A stretch of DNA of 64,000 bases from Acidimicrobiia bacterium (GTDB taxonomy: Bacteria > Actinomycetota > Acidimicrobiia > Spongiisociales > UBA4744), in contig JAOTUY010000004.1 in NCBI GenBank assembly GCA_029863625.1, positions 3,517 through 67,516 on the forward strand, read 5' to 3'. Within the stretch, counting starts at the first letter, position 1. Every line of letters starts with the position of its first letter. The notes beneath the pieces are model-generated. The model saw nothing but the letters and a program-made list of their open reading frames with translations, had not been told where the DNA came from and made no database searches. The position numbers and the translations under genes are program-made. Positions 48,712 to 58,355 of the stretch are shown here, in pieces.

Positions 48712-49457
48712 CCACCCGGGTCGACCCTCGACTAGCGGAACGACGTCGTACCGTGGCCGAGGGCAATGCCCGCAAGCGGTTGCGGAGAATCCTCTGGGCG
48801 CTACTCGTGGTTTCCCTCGTCGCGGCCGTCGGTTGGGTGGCGCAATCGCCATGGTTTTCTATCGCACATGTCGCCGTCTCCGGAGTTGGTGGCAGCGACG
48901 CGCACCGGATCCTCGAGACCAATGGCATCGTGGAAGGGACTCCGCTGATATCTGTGGCCCCCCGGCGGGTCGAAGCACTGTTGCAGGAGGACCCATGGAT
49001 AGCCGACGCAACGGTGCGCCGGGTGATCCCCGATGCGATCGAGGTCGTGGTGAAGGAGCGGATCCCGTTCGCGTGGGTCCAGATGGGAAAAGGGTGGGCG
49101 GTCATCGCCGAGGATCTCACCGTACTGCGCAATGACGGTCAACCGACCGGGCCTTCGCTGGTTATCGAGGTGTCCGCCCACGGCCGGGGCGATCGCGTCA
49201 AAGATCCACGAGTGATCGGGGGAGTGACCTTTCTTGCCGGCTTACCCATCGATACCAGAAACCAGGTTTCTCTGGCCGAACAAGATGGAGAATTGTGGGC
49301 AGACGTCGGCGGACTGGCCGTACGCCTGGGGCTACCCACGGAAATGAAGGAGAAGGCCGCGGCCCTGCTGGCGATTCTTGGGGAAGGGATCCCCTCTGGA
49401 TCGGTGGTCAATCTCGTTGCGCCAACCCGCCCGGCCGTCGTCGAACCTTCACCCTAA
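48708..49457 (+). CDS. ftsQ: Cell division protein FtsQ/DivIB
   Basis: Basic N-terminus, one TM, POTRA domain (PWI..ATVRR..P..IEV.VKER). Confidence 0.88.
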   Translation: MTTRVDPRLAERRRTVAEGNARKRLRRILWALLVVSLVAAVGWVAQSPWFSIAHVAVSGVGGSDAHRILETNGIVEGTPLISVAPRRVEALLQEDPWIADATVRRVIPDAIEVVVKERIPFAWVQMGKGWAVIAEDLTVLRNDGQPTGPSLVIEVSAHGRGDRVKDPRVIGGVTFLAGLPIDTRNQVSLAEQDGELWADVGGLAVRLGLPTEMKEKAAALLAILGEGIPSGSVVNLVAPTRPAVVEPSP

Positions 49458-49544
49458 ACTCGAGCTTTAAGTTTTTGGTCTTTGTTTGGTTCAGAAACAA
49501 GCGTAAGGTTCAGGTCAAACCTAAAGCTTTGAAAGGATTTCACC

Positions 49545-50603
49545 GTGGCGACTTCACGAGGAAGCTCGACGACGCAGAGCTATCTGGCAGTGATCAAAGT
49601 GGTGGGCGTTGGTGGGGGCGGTGTGAACGCGATCAACCGGATGATTGATGCGGGAGTGCGCGGCGTCGAGTTCATTGCCATCAATACCGATGCTCAGGCT
49701 CTCTTGATGTCGGACGCCGATATCAAGCTCGATTTGGGTCGGGACATCACTCGAGGGCTCGGAGCAGGAGCCAATCCCGAGGTCGGCAGGGCCGCGGCCG
49801 AGGGGCACAAGGAAGAGCTCGAAGAGGTCCTGAAGGGTGCGGACATGGTGTTCGTCACCGCCGGCGAAGGTGGTGGCACCGGGACGGGCGGAGCTCCGAT
49901 TGTTGCCAGCGTTGCGCGCGGGATCGGAGCCTTGACGGTCGGGGTGGTCACTCGACCGTTTGGCTTCGAGGGCCGGCGTCGTTCCGTTCAAGCCGAGCAA
50001 GGCATCCAGGACCTTCGGGAAGCCGTCGACACCTTGATCGTCATCCCCAATGATCGGCTCTTGGAAATCGCCGACGATCGCACTCCCATTATCGATGCCT
50101 TCCGGATGGCAGATGAAGTACTCATGGGTGGTGTGGCTGGTATCACCGATCTGATCACGACGCCGGGACTGATCAACGTCGACTTCGCCGATGTCCGGAC
50201 CATCCTGTCCGACGCCGGGACGGCGGTAATGGGCATCGGTCGTGCCTCCGGTGAGGACCGGGCCGATCAGGCCGCCCAGCGGGCAATCTCGAGTTCTCTG
50301 CTCGAGACATCGATGGAGGGGGCCCGCGGCTTGTTGTTGACGATTTCCGGACCTTCAGCGATGACCCTGCATGAGGTCAATCAGGCTGCAATGGTGGTCG
50401 CCGAACACAGCGACGCCGACGCCGACATCATTTTCGGAGCCGTCGTGGACGACAACCTGGGCGAGGAGATCAAGGTGACCGTCATCGCCGCCGGGTTTGA
50501 CCGCAGCCGCCGGAACGAAGCCCGTGGGATTGCTTCGGGAAGCATGTCCAGGCCGCTGGAACGTGTTGACGATCTTGACATCCCGAGCTTCGTGCAAGGA
50601 TGA
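49545..50603 (+). CDS. ftsZ: Cell division GTPase FtsZ
   Basis: [25 protein letters not shown]-terminal DIPSF. Confidence 0.98.
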   Translation: MATSRGSSTTQSYLAVIKVVGVGGGGVNAINRMIDAGVRGVEFIAINTDAQALLMSDADIKLDLGRDITRGLGAGANPEVGRAAAEGHKEELEEVLKGADMVFVTAGEGGGTGTGGAPIVASVARGIGALTVGVVTRPFGFEGRRRSVQAEQGIQDLREAVDTLIVIPNDRLLEIADDRTPIIDAFRMADEVLMGGVAGITDLITTPGLINVDFADVRTILSDAGTAVMGIGRASGEDRADQAAQRAISSSLLETSMEGARGLLLTISGPSAMTLHEVNQAAMVVAEHSDADADIIFGAVVDDNLGEEIKVTVIAAGFDRSRRNEARGIASGSMSRPLERVDDLDIPSFVQG

Positions 50604-51223
50604 TTCGACCGCCCGGATTCCGGGGGGCTGCTTTTACGAGCGCCCAGCACGGTGACCTGCGGAACGACCACAAGGCGCGCGGTGCCATCGCCGCCCGGCT
50701 CAATATCCCGGATGCCTGGGCAACCGTAAACCAGGTGCACGGTGCGGTCGTCGTCGAGGCGTGGGAGCCGGGTTCGCAGGGCAAGGCCGACTCCATGTAT
50801 ACGGGCCGGTCAGGACTTCCGGTTGCCGTCTTCACCGCAGATTGTCTGGCTGTGGTGCTCGAGGCCGACCGCGGCGTTGGAATAGCGCATGCCGGCTGGC
50901 GAGGGGTCGTGGCGGGTGTCGTTGAAAACCTCCGCGCGGCGATGGAGACGGCCGGGTGGACTCCGCTGAGGTGCGCCGTAGGCCCCGGAATCGGGCCTTG
51001 CTGCTTTGAGGTAGGGCCCGAGGTTGCGGCTCGATTCCCGGCCAACACGGCGACCACCACCTGGGGGACCGTGAGCGTGGACCTGGCGGCCGCTGTGGCA
51101 GCCCGGTTGGATGGAATGGATCTTTGGCAAGCGGAGGCCTGTACTCGTTGCGCCGACGAGTACTTCTCGCACAGGCGAGACGCAACGTCCGCCCGCATGG
51201 CCGGGATCGTTTGGCTGCCATGA
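50600..51223 (+). CDS. pgeF: Peptidoglycan editing factor / laccase-domain protein
   Basis: [31 protein letters not shown]. Confidence 0.9.
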   Translation: MIRPPGFRGAAFTSAQHGDLRNDHKARGAIAARLNIPDAWATVNQVHGAVVVEAWEPGSQGKADSMYTGRSGLPVAVFTADCLAVVLEADRGVGIAHAGWRGVVAGVVENLRAAMETAGWTPLRCAVGPGIGPCCFEVGPEVAARFPANTATTTWGTVSVDLAAAVAARLDGMDLWQAEACTRCADEYFSHRRDATSARMAGIVWLP

Positions 51224-51894
51224 GTCTCGAGTCGGTCCGTCAGAGAATGGCGGCCGCTGCTCAACGCAGCGGCCGGGACGTGGACCAGGTCACTTTGATC
51301 GCGGTTGGTAAAACCCACCCCGTCGATGTGCTGATGCAGGTCTACGAGGCCGGCCATCGTGATTTCGGTGAGAACCGCGCCGCGGAGCTGGCGGACAAAG
51401 CTGCAGTCATGCCCCCCGATGTCCGCTGGCATTTCGTGGGTCCGCTGCAGCGCAACAAGGTGAGGCAGGTCCGACCGGTCGCACACTTGCTCCATTCGAT
51501 GGATCGACTGAACCTGGGGGAAGCCTGGCTCAAGGGACCTGGGGTTGCACCACCTGCTCTGCTCGAGGTGAACCTCGCTGAAGAACCGCAGAAGTCGGGT
51601 GTTTCGGTCGACGATGTGTCTGCGATGACGGATCGGCTCCTGACGCTCGGCGTAGACCTGCGAGGAGTTATGGCGATTCCCCCGCAGATTGATGTTCCGG
51701 AGCAAGCCAGACGAAATTTCCGTCGGTTGGCCGGTTTGCGGGCCGAACTGGCCGCCGTTTACCCGGTCATGACGCAGCTGTCGATGGGCATGTCCGACGA
51801 CTTCGAGGCTGCCATCGAAGAAGGAGCGACGATGATTCGCGTCGGACGGGCTATCTTTGGTCCGAGAGTCGAGCAACACCAAGGGATCTCATGA
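51220..51894 (+). CDS. yggS: PLP homeostasis protein (YggS family)
   Basis: LIAVGK, FGEN, WHFVG.LQRNK, LSMGMSDDF, IRVGRAIFG. Confidence 0.95.
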   Translation: MSLESVRQRMAAAAQRSGRDVDQVTLIAVGKTHPVDVLMQVYEAGHRDFGENRAAELADKAAVMPPDVRWHFVGPLQRNKVRQVRPVAHLLHSMDRLNLGEAWLKGPGVAPPALLEVNLAEEPQKSGVSVDDVSAMTDRLLTLGVDLRGVMAIPPQIDVPEQARRNFRRLAGLRAELAAVYPVMTQLSMGMSDDFEAAIEEGATMIRVGRAIFGPRVEQHQGIS

Positions 51895-52430
51895 GTCAGT
51901 TGTGGCAAAAGGCGCTTCTTTACCTCGGCCTGGTCGACGAAGAAGCCATCGATGAGGAACGCAACCAACCGATTGAGGCTGCTCCGATGCAGTCCCAAGT
52001 GCGCACCGTCTCCAACCGTTCGGAGGGTGTGGTCGGGCGACGGGTTGAACCACCAGCCGGTCGAGCTCCTATGTCGGTATCGGACCGGACGATGGTGACG
52101 GCCGGGTCGACCTCGGGTGTACGACAAGTCAAGTCGGCAGATGCTCAATGCGACATCGTGGAGGCCACGGGTTTTTCCGACGCCAAGCTTCTCGCCGACC
52201 GGATTCGTGGGCGGGTGCCGGTGGTGCTCAATCTGCGAGCCACCGACCCGGACATGGTGCGGCGTCTGATCGATTTTGCCAGCGGACTGACCTACGCCCT
52301 CGACGGCACCATGCGCAAGATCTCTGAGGGCGTCATCATGGTGTTGCCGCCTCGCGTTTCGCTGGGGCGGGAAGAGAAACGAAGACTGGCCGACCTGGGT
52401 CTCTACTCGACTGCCGAAGACGGCGAATAG
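51891..52430 (+). CDS. sepF: Cell division protein SepF
   Basis: N-terminal amphipathic LLYLGL; PVVLNL...RRLIDFASGLTYALDG. Confidence 0.95.
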   Translation: MSQLWQKALLYLGLVDEEAIDEERNQPIEAAPMQSQVRTVSNRSEGVVGRRVEPPAGRAPMSVSDRTMVTAGSTSGVRQVKSADAQCDIVEATGFSDAKLLADRIRGRVPVVLNLRATDPDMVRRLIDFASGLTYALDGTMRKISEGVIMVLPPRVSLGREEKRRLADLGLYSTAEDGE

Positions 52431-52438
52431 GCTCGGCA

Positions 52439-52690
52439 GTGGCGATTGTCTGCTCGCTGATTCAGCTGTACACCCTGGTCGTCTTCGCGCGCATCCTGCT
52501 CGAATGGGTTCGCGTTCCCAGTGAACATCCGGTTGGGAAAGTCCGCTCCGCTCTGGCAACTGTCGTCGACCCGGTACTCCTCCCTCTGCGGAAGATCATC
52601 CCTCCGGTCCGTATGGGCGGGGCCGCGCTCGATCTTTCTCCGCTGATCCTGCTGGTCGGTCTCAGCATCCTGTCTAGAGCGGTTTGCTGA
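52439..52690 (+). CDS. yggT: YggT/YlmG family membrane protein
   Basis: RILLEW...DPVL.PLRKIIPP...LDLSP. Confidence 0.9.
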   Translation: MAIVCSLIQLYTLVVFARILLEWVRVPSEHPVGKVRSALATVVDPVLLPLRKIIPPVRMGGAALDLSPLILLVGLSILSRAVC

Positions 52691-52792
52691 CGGTCAATTG
52701 GTCCAACAGAGCCTTCTCTGTTCAACAAACACTCGGGAGTCGCTCTACGAGGGCTAAGCTCCCCACACGCACGTTCTTGAGGTGATTGAGCC

Positions 52793-53461
52793 ATGGTGTT
52801 GAGTCCAATCGATATTGAACAGAAGACATTCAGGGTTGCCCTGCGCGGCTATGCCGAAGAAGAAGTCGACCAATTCCTCGATGAGATCGTCATCGCGATT
52901 CGCGAGTATGAGCGACAATTGCGAGACGCCAATGAGCGAGTCGCAGTACTCGAAGAACAGCTCGAGGCGAACCGCGAGACTGAGGAGCGCATCAAGAAGA
53001 CGCTCATCATTGCCCAGCGCACAGCCGACCAGGTTGTTCAGGAAGCCCGCGGTGAAGCGCAACAACTACTGGTCGAAGCTCGGACCCAGGCTTCGGAGGT
53101 CGAGGTGGAGCGGATCCAGGAACGCGAGAGCCTGGTTGCCGACCTCGATCGGCTGCGGTCGTCGGTGGGAAGCCTCAAGGACCGTCTTGTGGCCCTGGCC
53201 GACTCCACCCTGGAGAATCTCGAACCGATCGAACAGGACGTCATCGCAGCCCAGCCCGAGGAAGCCGAAGTCGAGGAATGGGACAATGACCCCGACGACG
53301 TCGATGACTTCGATACGGAGGCCTCCGAGGGTCCGGACCACGAGTCCGACGAGCACCCGGTTGAAGGTGAAGCGGGCGACGACCATCGCGAGGAGAGCTC
53401 AGGACAGGTTTTCCTCGGTTCGACCCATCGTCCCTGGGACAGAGGCGAATCAGACAGTTAG
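52793..53461 (+). CDS. divIVA: DivIVA/Wag31 polar growth protein
   Basis: LSPIDIEQKTF...RGYAEEEVDQFLD, coiled coil, acidic tail. Confidence 0.93.
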   Translation: MVLSPIDIEQKTFRVALRGYAEEEVDQFLDEIVIAIREYERQLRDANERVAVLEEQLEANRETEERIKKTLIIAQRTADQVVQEARGEAQQLLVEARTQASEVEVERIQERESLVADLDRLRSSVGSLKDRLVALADSTLENLEPIEQDVIAAQPEEAEVEEWDNDPDDVDDFDTEASEGPDHESDEHPVEGEAGDDHREESSGQVFLGSTHRPWDRGESDS

Positions 53462-53471
53462 GCCCAAAGGC

Positions 53472-56400
53472 TCAGGCCTGTTCCGCTGAACTTCCTGCCC
53501 GGTTGACCGCCATCGTTACCGGGTCGCCGTCGATCTCAATGTCGGTACCGATAAGCTGATCCTCTCGCGTGACGGATGTTGCCAGCACCTCGGCGGCGAT
53601 CACCGCGGCGTGAACCTCGATTGCCGCCGCGATCCGTGCGGAGTCGCTCGACCAGATAACCGTGATCCGATCGGCAACGTCGAGACCACTTTGGCGCCGT
53701 ATCTGTTGGATGCGGTTGATCAATTCGCGAGCCGTCCCTTCGATCTCGAGGTCCGGCGTCGTGGTGGTGTCGATGGCGACCGAAAGGGGGCCCTCTGCGG
53801 CGACGACCAGACCGGCCCGGGGCACCCGTTGCACGATCACGTCATCTGACCCGATCTCGTGACCGGCCACAACGATGTCCCCACCGTCGACCAACGTTTG
53901 CACCGACTCTTCGTCGAGCTGACCGAGGGCGGCGGCCACCATCTGTACACTGGTCCCGAGGCGTGGGCCGAGCCTCTTGAAATTGGCCTTGATTTCTAGA
54001 TCGACCAACTCCCTCTCATCCTGGCCGACCAGCACCTCTTTGACATTCAGTTCCTCGGTGATCAGCCAACCGTGGGACGCGACGGCCTCGGTGATCTCCG
54101 CGTTGCGAGACAGCACGGTCAAGGACGGGAGGGGCCTTCGGACCTTGAGCCCGTGGGTGACGCGCAAGGAGCGCCCGAGGTTCACCACCTGTCGCACCCA
54201 ATTCATGGCGTTCTCGAGTTCGGCAGAGATCAACTCGGGTCGCGGCTCCGGATAGTCGGTGTGGTGCACGCTGAGCGGGCCTTCGGTGCCGGCCGGGCGG
54301 TGATCAACTACGAGTCGCTGGTACAGCTCCTCGGTAACGAAGGGAAGCACTGGTGCGATGACCTTCGAAAAGGTTACGAGCACCTCGTAAAGGGTTGCGA
54401 AGGCGGCGATCTTGTCTGTGTCATCGTTACTCCTGGTGCGCCAGAAGCGACGGCGGGAGCGGCGGATGTACCAATTGGTCAGGTCGTCGATGAAGGCGAC
54501 CATCGGCGGGATGACCGCGTACAGGTAGTAGCCCTCCATCTGCTCATTGACCTCCGAGATCAGACTCTGGAGAACAGACAGTATCCAGCGATCGATTTCG
54601 GCTCGTTCGCCCGGTGGCGGAGCGAGGTTCAGGTCTTCGGTCGATATCCCGTCTGCCTCAGCGTAGGTCGTGAGGAATGAGTAGGCGTTCCAAAGAGGAA
54701 GCATGACGGCCCGGGTCACTTCCCGCACCCCGCCTTCCGTGAAGCGGAGGGGTTCGGCCCGCAAGAGCGGGGAGTTGATCAGATAGGCACGGAGCGCGTC
54801 GGCACCATGCGTGGCGAGGATCTCCATCGGGTCCGGGTAGTTCTTAAGGCTTTTCGACATCTTCCTGCCATCCTCGGCGAGGATCAGCCCGTTGACGACA
54901 CAGTTCTGGAAGGGGATATCGTCGAAGAGGCCGGTCGCCAAAACGAGGAGGGTATAGAACCAGCCGCGGGTTTGGTCGAGGCCCTCGGCGATGAAATCGG
55001 CCGGGAACCGACGGGCAAAGGCTTCCTCGTTCTCGAACGGGTAGTGATTCTGGGCGTACGGCATTGAGCCTGACTCAAACCAAACGTCGAGCACTTCGGG
55101 GACCCGCTCCATAGTGCCGGAGCATTCGGAGCACGGGAAGGCGACGACGTCGACGATGTGCTTGTGGAGGTCATCGAGGTGAACTCCCGACCGCCCGGCC
55201 AGTTCGTCAATCGAACCAATGCACACTTGCTCGCTGCAGCCATCGCACTCCCAGACGGGGATGCAGCTACCCCAGTACCGGTTGCGGCTGATGGCCCAAT
55301 CGCGGGCGTTCTCCAGCCAGTTTCCGAAACGCCGGGTTCCCACGAACTCAGGAACCCAGTGGATTTGTCCGTTGAGTGCGACCATCCGATCCTTGAACTG
55401 CTCGACGCGCACGAACCACGTCGGGATCGCTTTGTAGATCAGCGGCGTTCCCGTCCGATAGCAGAATGGATACGCGTGCCGGATCTGGTCTCGGTGGAGC
55501 AGCGTTCCCCGGCGCTTGAGCAACTCGATGAGTTTTGCGTCGGCATCCTTTACGTACATGCCGGCCACGTCCGGAACCTGATCGGTAAAACGTGCCTCGG
55601 CGTCGACCGGATCGAGCATGACCGTCACACCGGCGTCGGCGAGGGCATAGAAGTCGGCTTCGCCGTAGGCGGGTGCCATATGCACGAGGCCGGTGCCTTC
55701 GTCGGTGGTGACCTCGGGACTGGAGATCACCCGGAAGGCGCCGTGGTCGCGTTCCTCCTCGAAATATGAGAACGGGGGTTCGTATTGGGTCCCGATCAGC
55801 TCTCGACCGTTGGCCCGGCGGGCGACGATCCCATCCGGCCAGATGGTCCCGGCGAGGTTGTCGGCTACCCAATGGCGCTCGCCATCGACCTCGATGGCCG
55901 AGTAGCCGATATCCTCGCCAACCGCTACCGCCAGGTTGGCAGGGAGCGTCCAGGGCGTTGTCGTCCAGATCGTGAGATAGTCACCCTCGCGCGCCGGACC
56001 GTTGGTCTGGAGTACCCGCAAACGAACCGTGATGGCGGGGTCGTCGACCTCCCGGTAGTCGAGGTTGGCTTCGAAGTTGGAGAGTGGCGTTGAGGCACCC
56101 CACGAGTAAGGGAGCACTTTGAAGTCCCGGTAGATGAGGCCTTTATCCCAGAGCCTTCGAAAGACCCACCACACACTTTCCATGAAGTCGAGGTCCATGG
56201 TCTTGTAGTCGTTTTCGAAGTCGACCCATCGCCCAATCCGGCGGGTGATCGTTTCCCAACTTTCCGTGTTGGTCTGCACATGCTCCCGGCATGCTTCGTT
56301 GAACCGGTCTATACCGAATTCGTTGATTTCACGTGGACCAGAGAGCCCGAGGATCTTCTGGACTTCCATCTCTATGGGAAGGCCGTGCGTATCCCAGCCA

Positions 56401-56666
56401 AACCGTCTTTCCACACGGTGGCCGCGCATGGTCCAATAGCGAGGGACGATGTCCTTGATGACGCCGGCCAGGAGATTGCCATAGTGGGGGCTGCCGGTAA
56501 CGAAGGGCGGACCGTCGTAAAATGTGTACTCGGATTCCTCCGGTCTCATGGCGACGGATGTCTGAAAGGCATCGAGCTCGTCCCAAAGACCGAGGATCCG
56601 CTCTTCGAGAGCGGGGAAGTCGACGTTGGGTGGCACCCTTCGAAACGATTGGTCTGATGTGCTCAT
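53472..56666 (-). CDS. ileS: Isoleucyl-tRNA synthetase (type 2, long form)
   Basis: DGPPF..G.PHYGN, GWDTHGLP, WTTTPWTLP, DWAISRNRYWG, DQTRGWF, KMSKS. Confidence 0.97.
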   Translation of the reverse strand: MSTSDQSFRRVPPNVDFPALEERILGLWDELDAFQTSVAMRPEESEYTFYDGPPFVTGSPHYGNLLAGVIKDIVPRYWTMRGHRVERRFGWDTHGLPIEMEVQKILGLSGPREINEFGIDRFNEACREHVQTNTESWETITRRIGRWVDFENDYKTMDLDFMESVWWVFRRLWDKGLIYRDFKVLPYSWGASTPLSNFEANLDYREVDDPAITVRLRVLQTNGPAREGDYLTIWTTTPWTLPANLAVAVGEDIGYSAIEVDGERHWVADNLAGTIWPDGIVARRANGRELIGTQYEPPFSYFEEERDHGAFRVISSPEVTTDEGTGLVHMAPAYGEADFYALADAGVTVMLDPVDAEARFTDQVPDVAGMYVKDADAKLIELLKRRGTLLHRDQIRHAYPFCYRTGTPLIYKAIPTWFVRVEQFKDRMVALNGQIHWVPEFVGTRRFGNWLENARDWAISRNRYWGSCIPVWECDGCSEQVCIGSIDELAGRSGVHLDDLHKHIVDVVAFPCSECSGTMERVPEVLDVWFESGSMPYAQNHYPFENEEAFARRFPADFIAEGLDQTRGWFYTLLVLATGLFDDIPFQNCVVNGLILAEDGRKMSKSLKNYPDPMEILATHGADALRAYLINSPLLRAEPLRFTEGGVREVTRAVMLPLWNAYSFLTTYAEADGISTEDLNLAPPPGERAEIDRWILSVLQSLISEVNEQMEGYYLYAVIPPMVAFIDDLTNWYIRRSRRRFWRTRSNDDTDKIAAFATLYEVLVTFSKVIAPVLPFVTEELYQRLVVDHRPAGTEGPLSVHHTDYPEPRPELISAELENAMNWVRQVVNLGRSLRVTHGLKVRRPLPSLTVLSRNAEITEAVASHGWLITEELNVKEVLVGQDERELVDLEIKANFKRLGPRLGTSVQMVAAALGQLDEESVQTLVDGGDIVVAGHEIGSDDVIVQRVPRAGLVVAAEGPLSVAIDTTTTPDLEIEGTARELINRIQQIRRQSGLDVADRITVIWSSDSARIAAAIEVHAAVIAAEVLATSVTREDQLIGTDIEIDGDPVTMAVNRAGSSAEQA

Positions 56667-56669
56667 CCG

Positions 56670-56948
56670 ATCGGGCTCCTCGTCCGTCGTCGTCTCGGCA
56701 TCTTTCCGGGACGGGCCTGATCAGGCCCGCGGTACCACCCGGCTTGCCGAAACGCCCTCGCGCATTCGACCGCTCATTGGCCCCATCGCGGGGGGGAAAC
56801 CCGACGGGTTCTACATCCGGTATGTCAATCCCGGCTTCTTCCCGCAGCTCCAGGGGTGATATCGGTTGGCGTCCAAACACCGGCCTTTCACCATTCGCCG
56901 GCTCGCTGGGCTGGACGTTCCCGACCGAGGTCCCTGTCAACGCTTAGC
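56670..56948 (-). promoter_or_regulatory. Ile T-box riboswitch, probably translational, with full-length Stem I
   Basis: AG bulge AGCGA, GGTGAAAG loop, specifier ATC (56860-56858), Stem II AGAA/GTAGAA, T-box GGGTGGTACCGCG (about 56740-56728) pairing CGTCCC; no U-tract; -10 TACGAT at 56960-56955. Confidence 0.92.
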
Positions 56949-57003
56949 ACCGGCATCGTACTCCGACCGATCCCTCAGGCCAACCGGGTACGCTGACTTT
57001 CAA

Positions 57004-57324
57004 ATGAGTATCGACCGACCCGCCGACCAGAATCTTTCGTCGGCGGTGGCAGAACGAGATGGCGGAGCGGTCCTGGAGGTCTGGGTTGTGCCGGGGGCAT
57101 CGAGGACGGAGGTCACGGGTCTACACGACGGCGCGGTACGGATCCGTGTGGCAGCTCCGGCCGAGGGCGGAAAGGCCAACCAGGCGCTTGTCAATCTCCT
57201 CAAAGCAATCACCGGGGCCGAGGCCGAGATCATTCGGGGCCGAAATTCCCGAAGAAAGCAGTTGTTGGTGGGGGGAGTGAGGGCTGTCGATTTGGTGAGG
57301 CTGGTTTCAGAGCATGTCGGGTGA
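57004..57324 (+). CDS. DUF167 (YggU) family protein
   Basis: VWVVPGASR...IRVAAPAEGGKAN...G.NSRRK. Confidence 0.9.
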   Translation: MSIDRPADQNLSSAVAERDGGAVLEVWVVPGASRTEVTGLHDGAVRIRVAAPAEGGKANQALVNLLKAITGAEAEIIRGRNSRRKQLLVGGVRAVDLVRLVSEHVG

Positions 57325-57360
57325 CTCTGCTATCTTCCTGCGCTCAGGAGAGAATGAGGT

Positions 57361-57735
57361 GTGATGTCGAGGCAATTGGCACAATCGACTCTTGACAAGT
57401 TCCGAGCGGTACTCGAGGAAGAGCAAACCCGCTTGCGCGACCTTCTCGAGGAGCACGAACAGGAGAGAGAAAAGGCTCGATTGGCCGAGACGGCTGCTGA
57501 ACGGAGCCCAGACCCGACGAGCGCCGAGGGCGGTTCCATGGTCTTCGAGTACGAGAAGGATCTGTCCGTCGATGCCAACACTGAGGATCTTCTTCGCAAG
57601 GCCACGAATGCGCTGGAGCGACTCAAAAGGGGCGAGTACGGAATCTGCGAATCGTGCGGAATCGCTATCCCTGTGGCTCGTCTCGAGGTGCTTCCCTATA
57701 CGACGCTGTGTGTGGATTGCGCGCAACGTCGCTGA
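57361..57735 (+). CDS. dksA: TraR/DksA C4 zinc-finger protein
   Basis: Coiled coil plus ALERL..GEYGICESCG..IP..RLE.LP.TTLCVDC. Confidence 0.88.
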   Translation: MMSRQLAQSTLDKFRAVLEEEQTRLRDLLEEHEQEREKARLAETAAERSPDPTSAEGGSMVFEYEKDLSVDANTEDLLRKATNALERLKRGEYGICESCGIAIPVARLEVLPYTTLCVDCAQRR

Positions 57736-58187
57736 GGGCCACCCGGCTCAAGGCGGCCGGCATTGGCGCGGCCGTCGTTCTGGTCGATCAACTGACCAAG
57801 GCGTGGGCACGTTCTGCTCTCGATGACTCGATGATTGACGTTATCCCCGGATTCTTGCGCTTGGCTCTGGCCGAGAACTCAGGTGCTGCGTTTGGGTTCT
57901 TCCGAGGCGGTGGAGAGATCATCGCCGTTTTCGCAGTCGTGGCGGTGGGCGTCATCTTCTTTGCTTTCCGGGCAATCGATCACTGGGGGGACCTCATCGG
58001 TCTCGGATTGGTGCTCGGTGGAGCCGTCGGTAATCTCGTCGACCGTCTGACTCGCGGTGATGGTCTGCTGGACGGGCGAGTTACCGATTGGATCGAACTT
58101 TGGTTCATACCGAATTTCAACGTCGCCGACGCATCCATATCCATCGGTGTCGCCCTGGTGCTGTTGGGGGCTCTTCGCAGACCATGA
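57717..58187 (+). CDS. lspA: Lipoprotein signal peptidase
   Basis: DQLTK, NSGAAFG, GGAVGNLVDR, FNVAD; TTG start assumed. Confidence 0.93.
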   Translation: MRATSLRATRLKAAGIGAAVVLVDQLTKAWARSALDDSMIDVIPGFLRLALAENSGAAFGFFRGGGEIIAVFAVVAVGVIFFAFRAIDHWGDLIGLGLVLGGAVGNLVDRLTRGDGLLDGRVTDWIELWFIPNFNVADASISIGVALVLLGALRRP

Positions 58188-58355
58188 ACTACCGCGCTGC
58201 GACCTACCTACCCTCTCGGGTCTCACAATCTGGCCAACGGGGGCAGACACCCTCTGACGCCCCTGTCTGCATCCTTCTCCCTGATGCAGTTCGTCCACTG
58301 CTTGCCTCGATGTCCTGGACAGTGACGTCGAATGGCTCGGTGATACGAAGACCGT

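Noticed and set aside
49457-49545. Absence of ftsA
   Set aside because: Normal for actinobacteria, which use SepF (present at 51891)
53472-56666. ileS convergent with divIVA as a rearrangement
   Set aside because: From recall, the same layout followed by dksA-like, lspA, rluD and dnaE occurs in other actinobacteria, so it is not unusual
58245-58292. Two hairpins with C/U-rich loops between lspA and rluD (6C or anti-SD sRNA-like)
   Set aside because: The stems are short, overlap each other and lack the long C-runs of 6C RNA; not distinguishable from chance in GC-rich DNA
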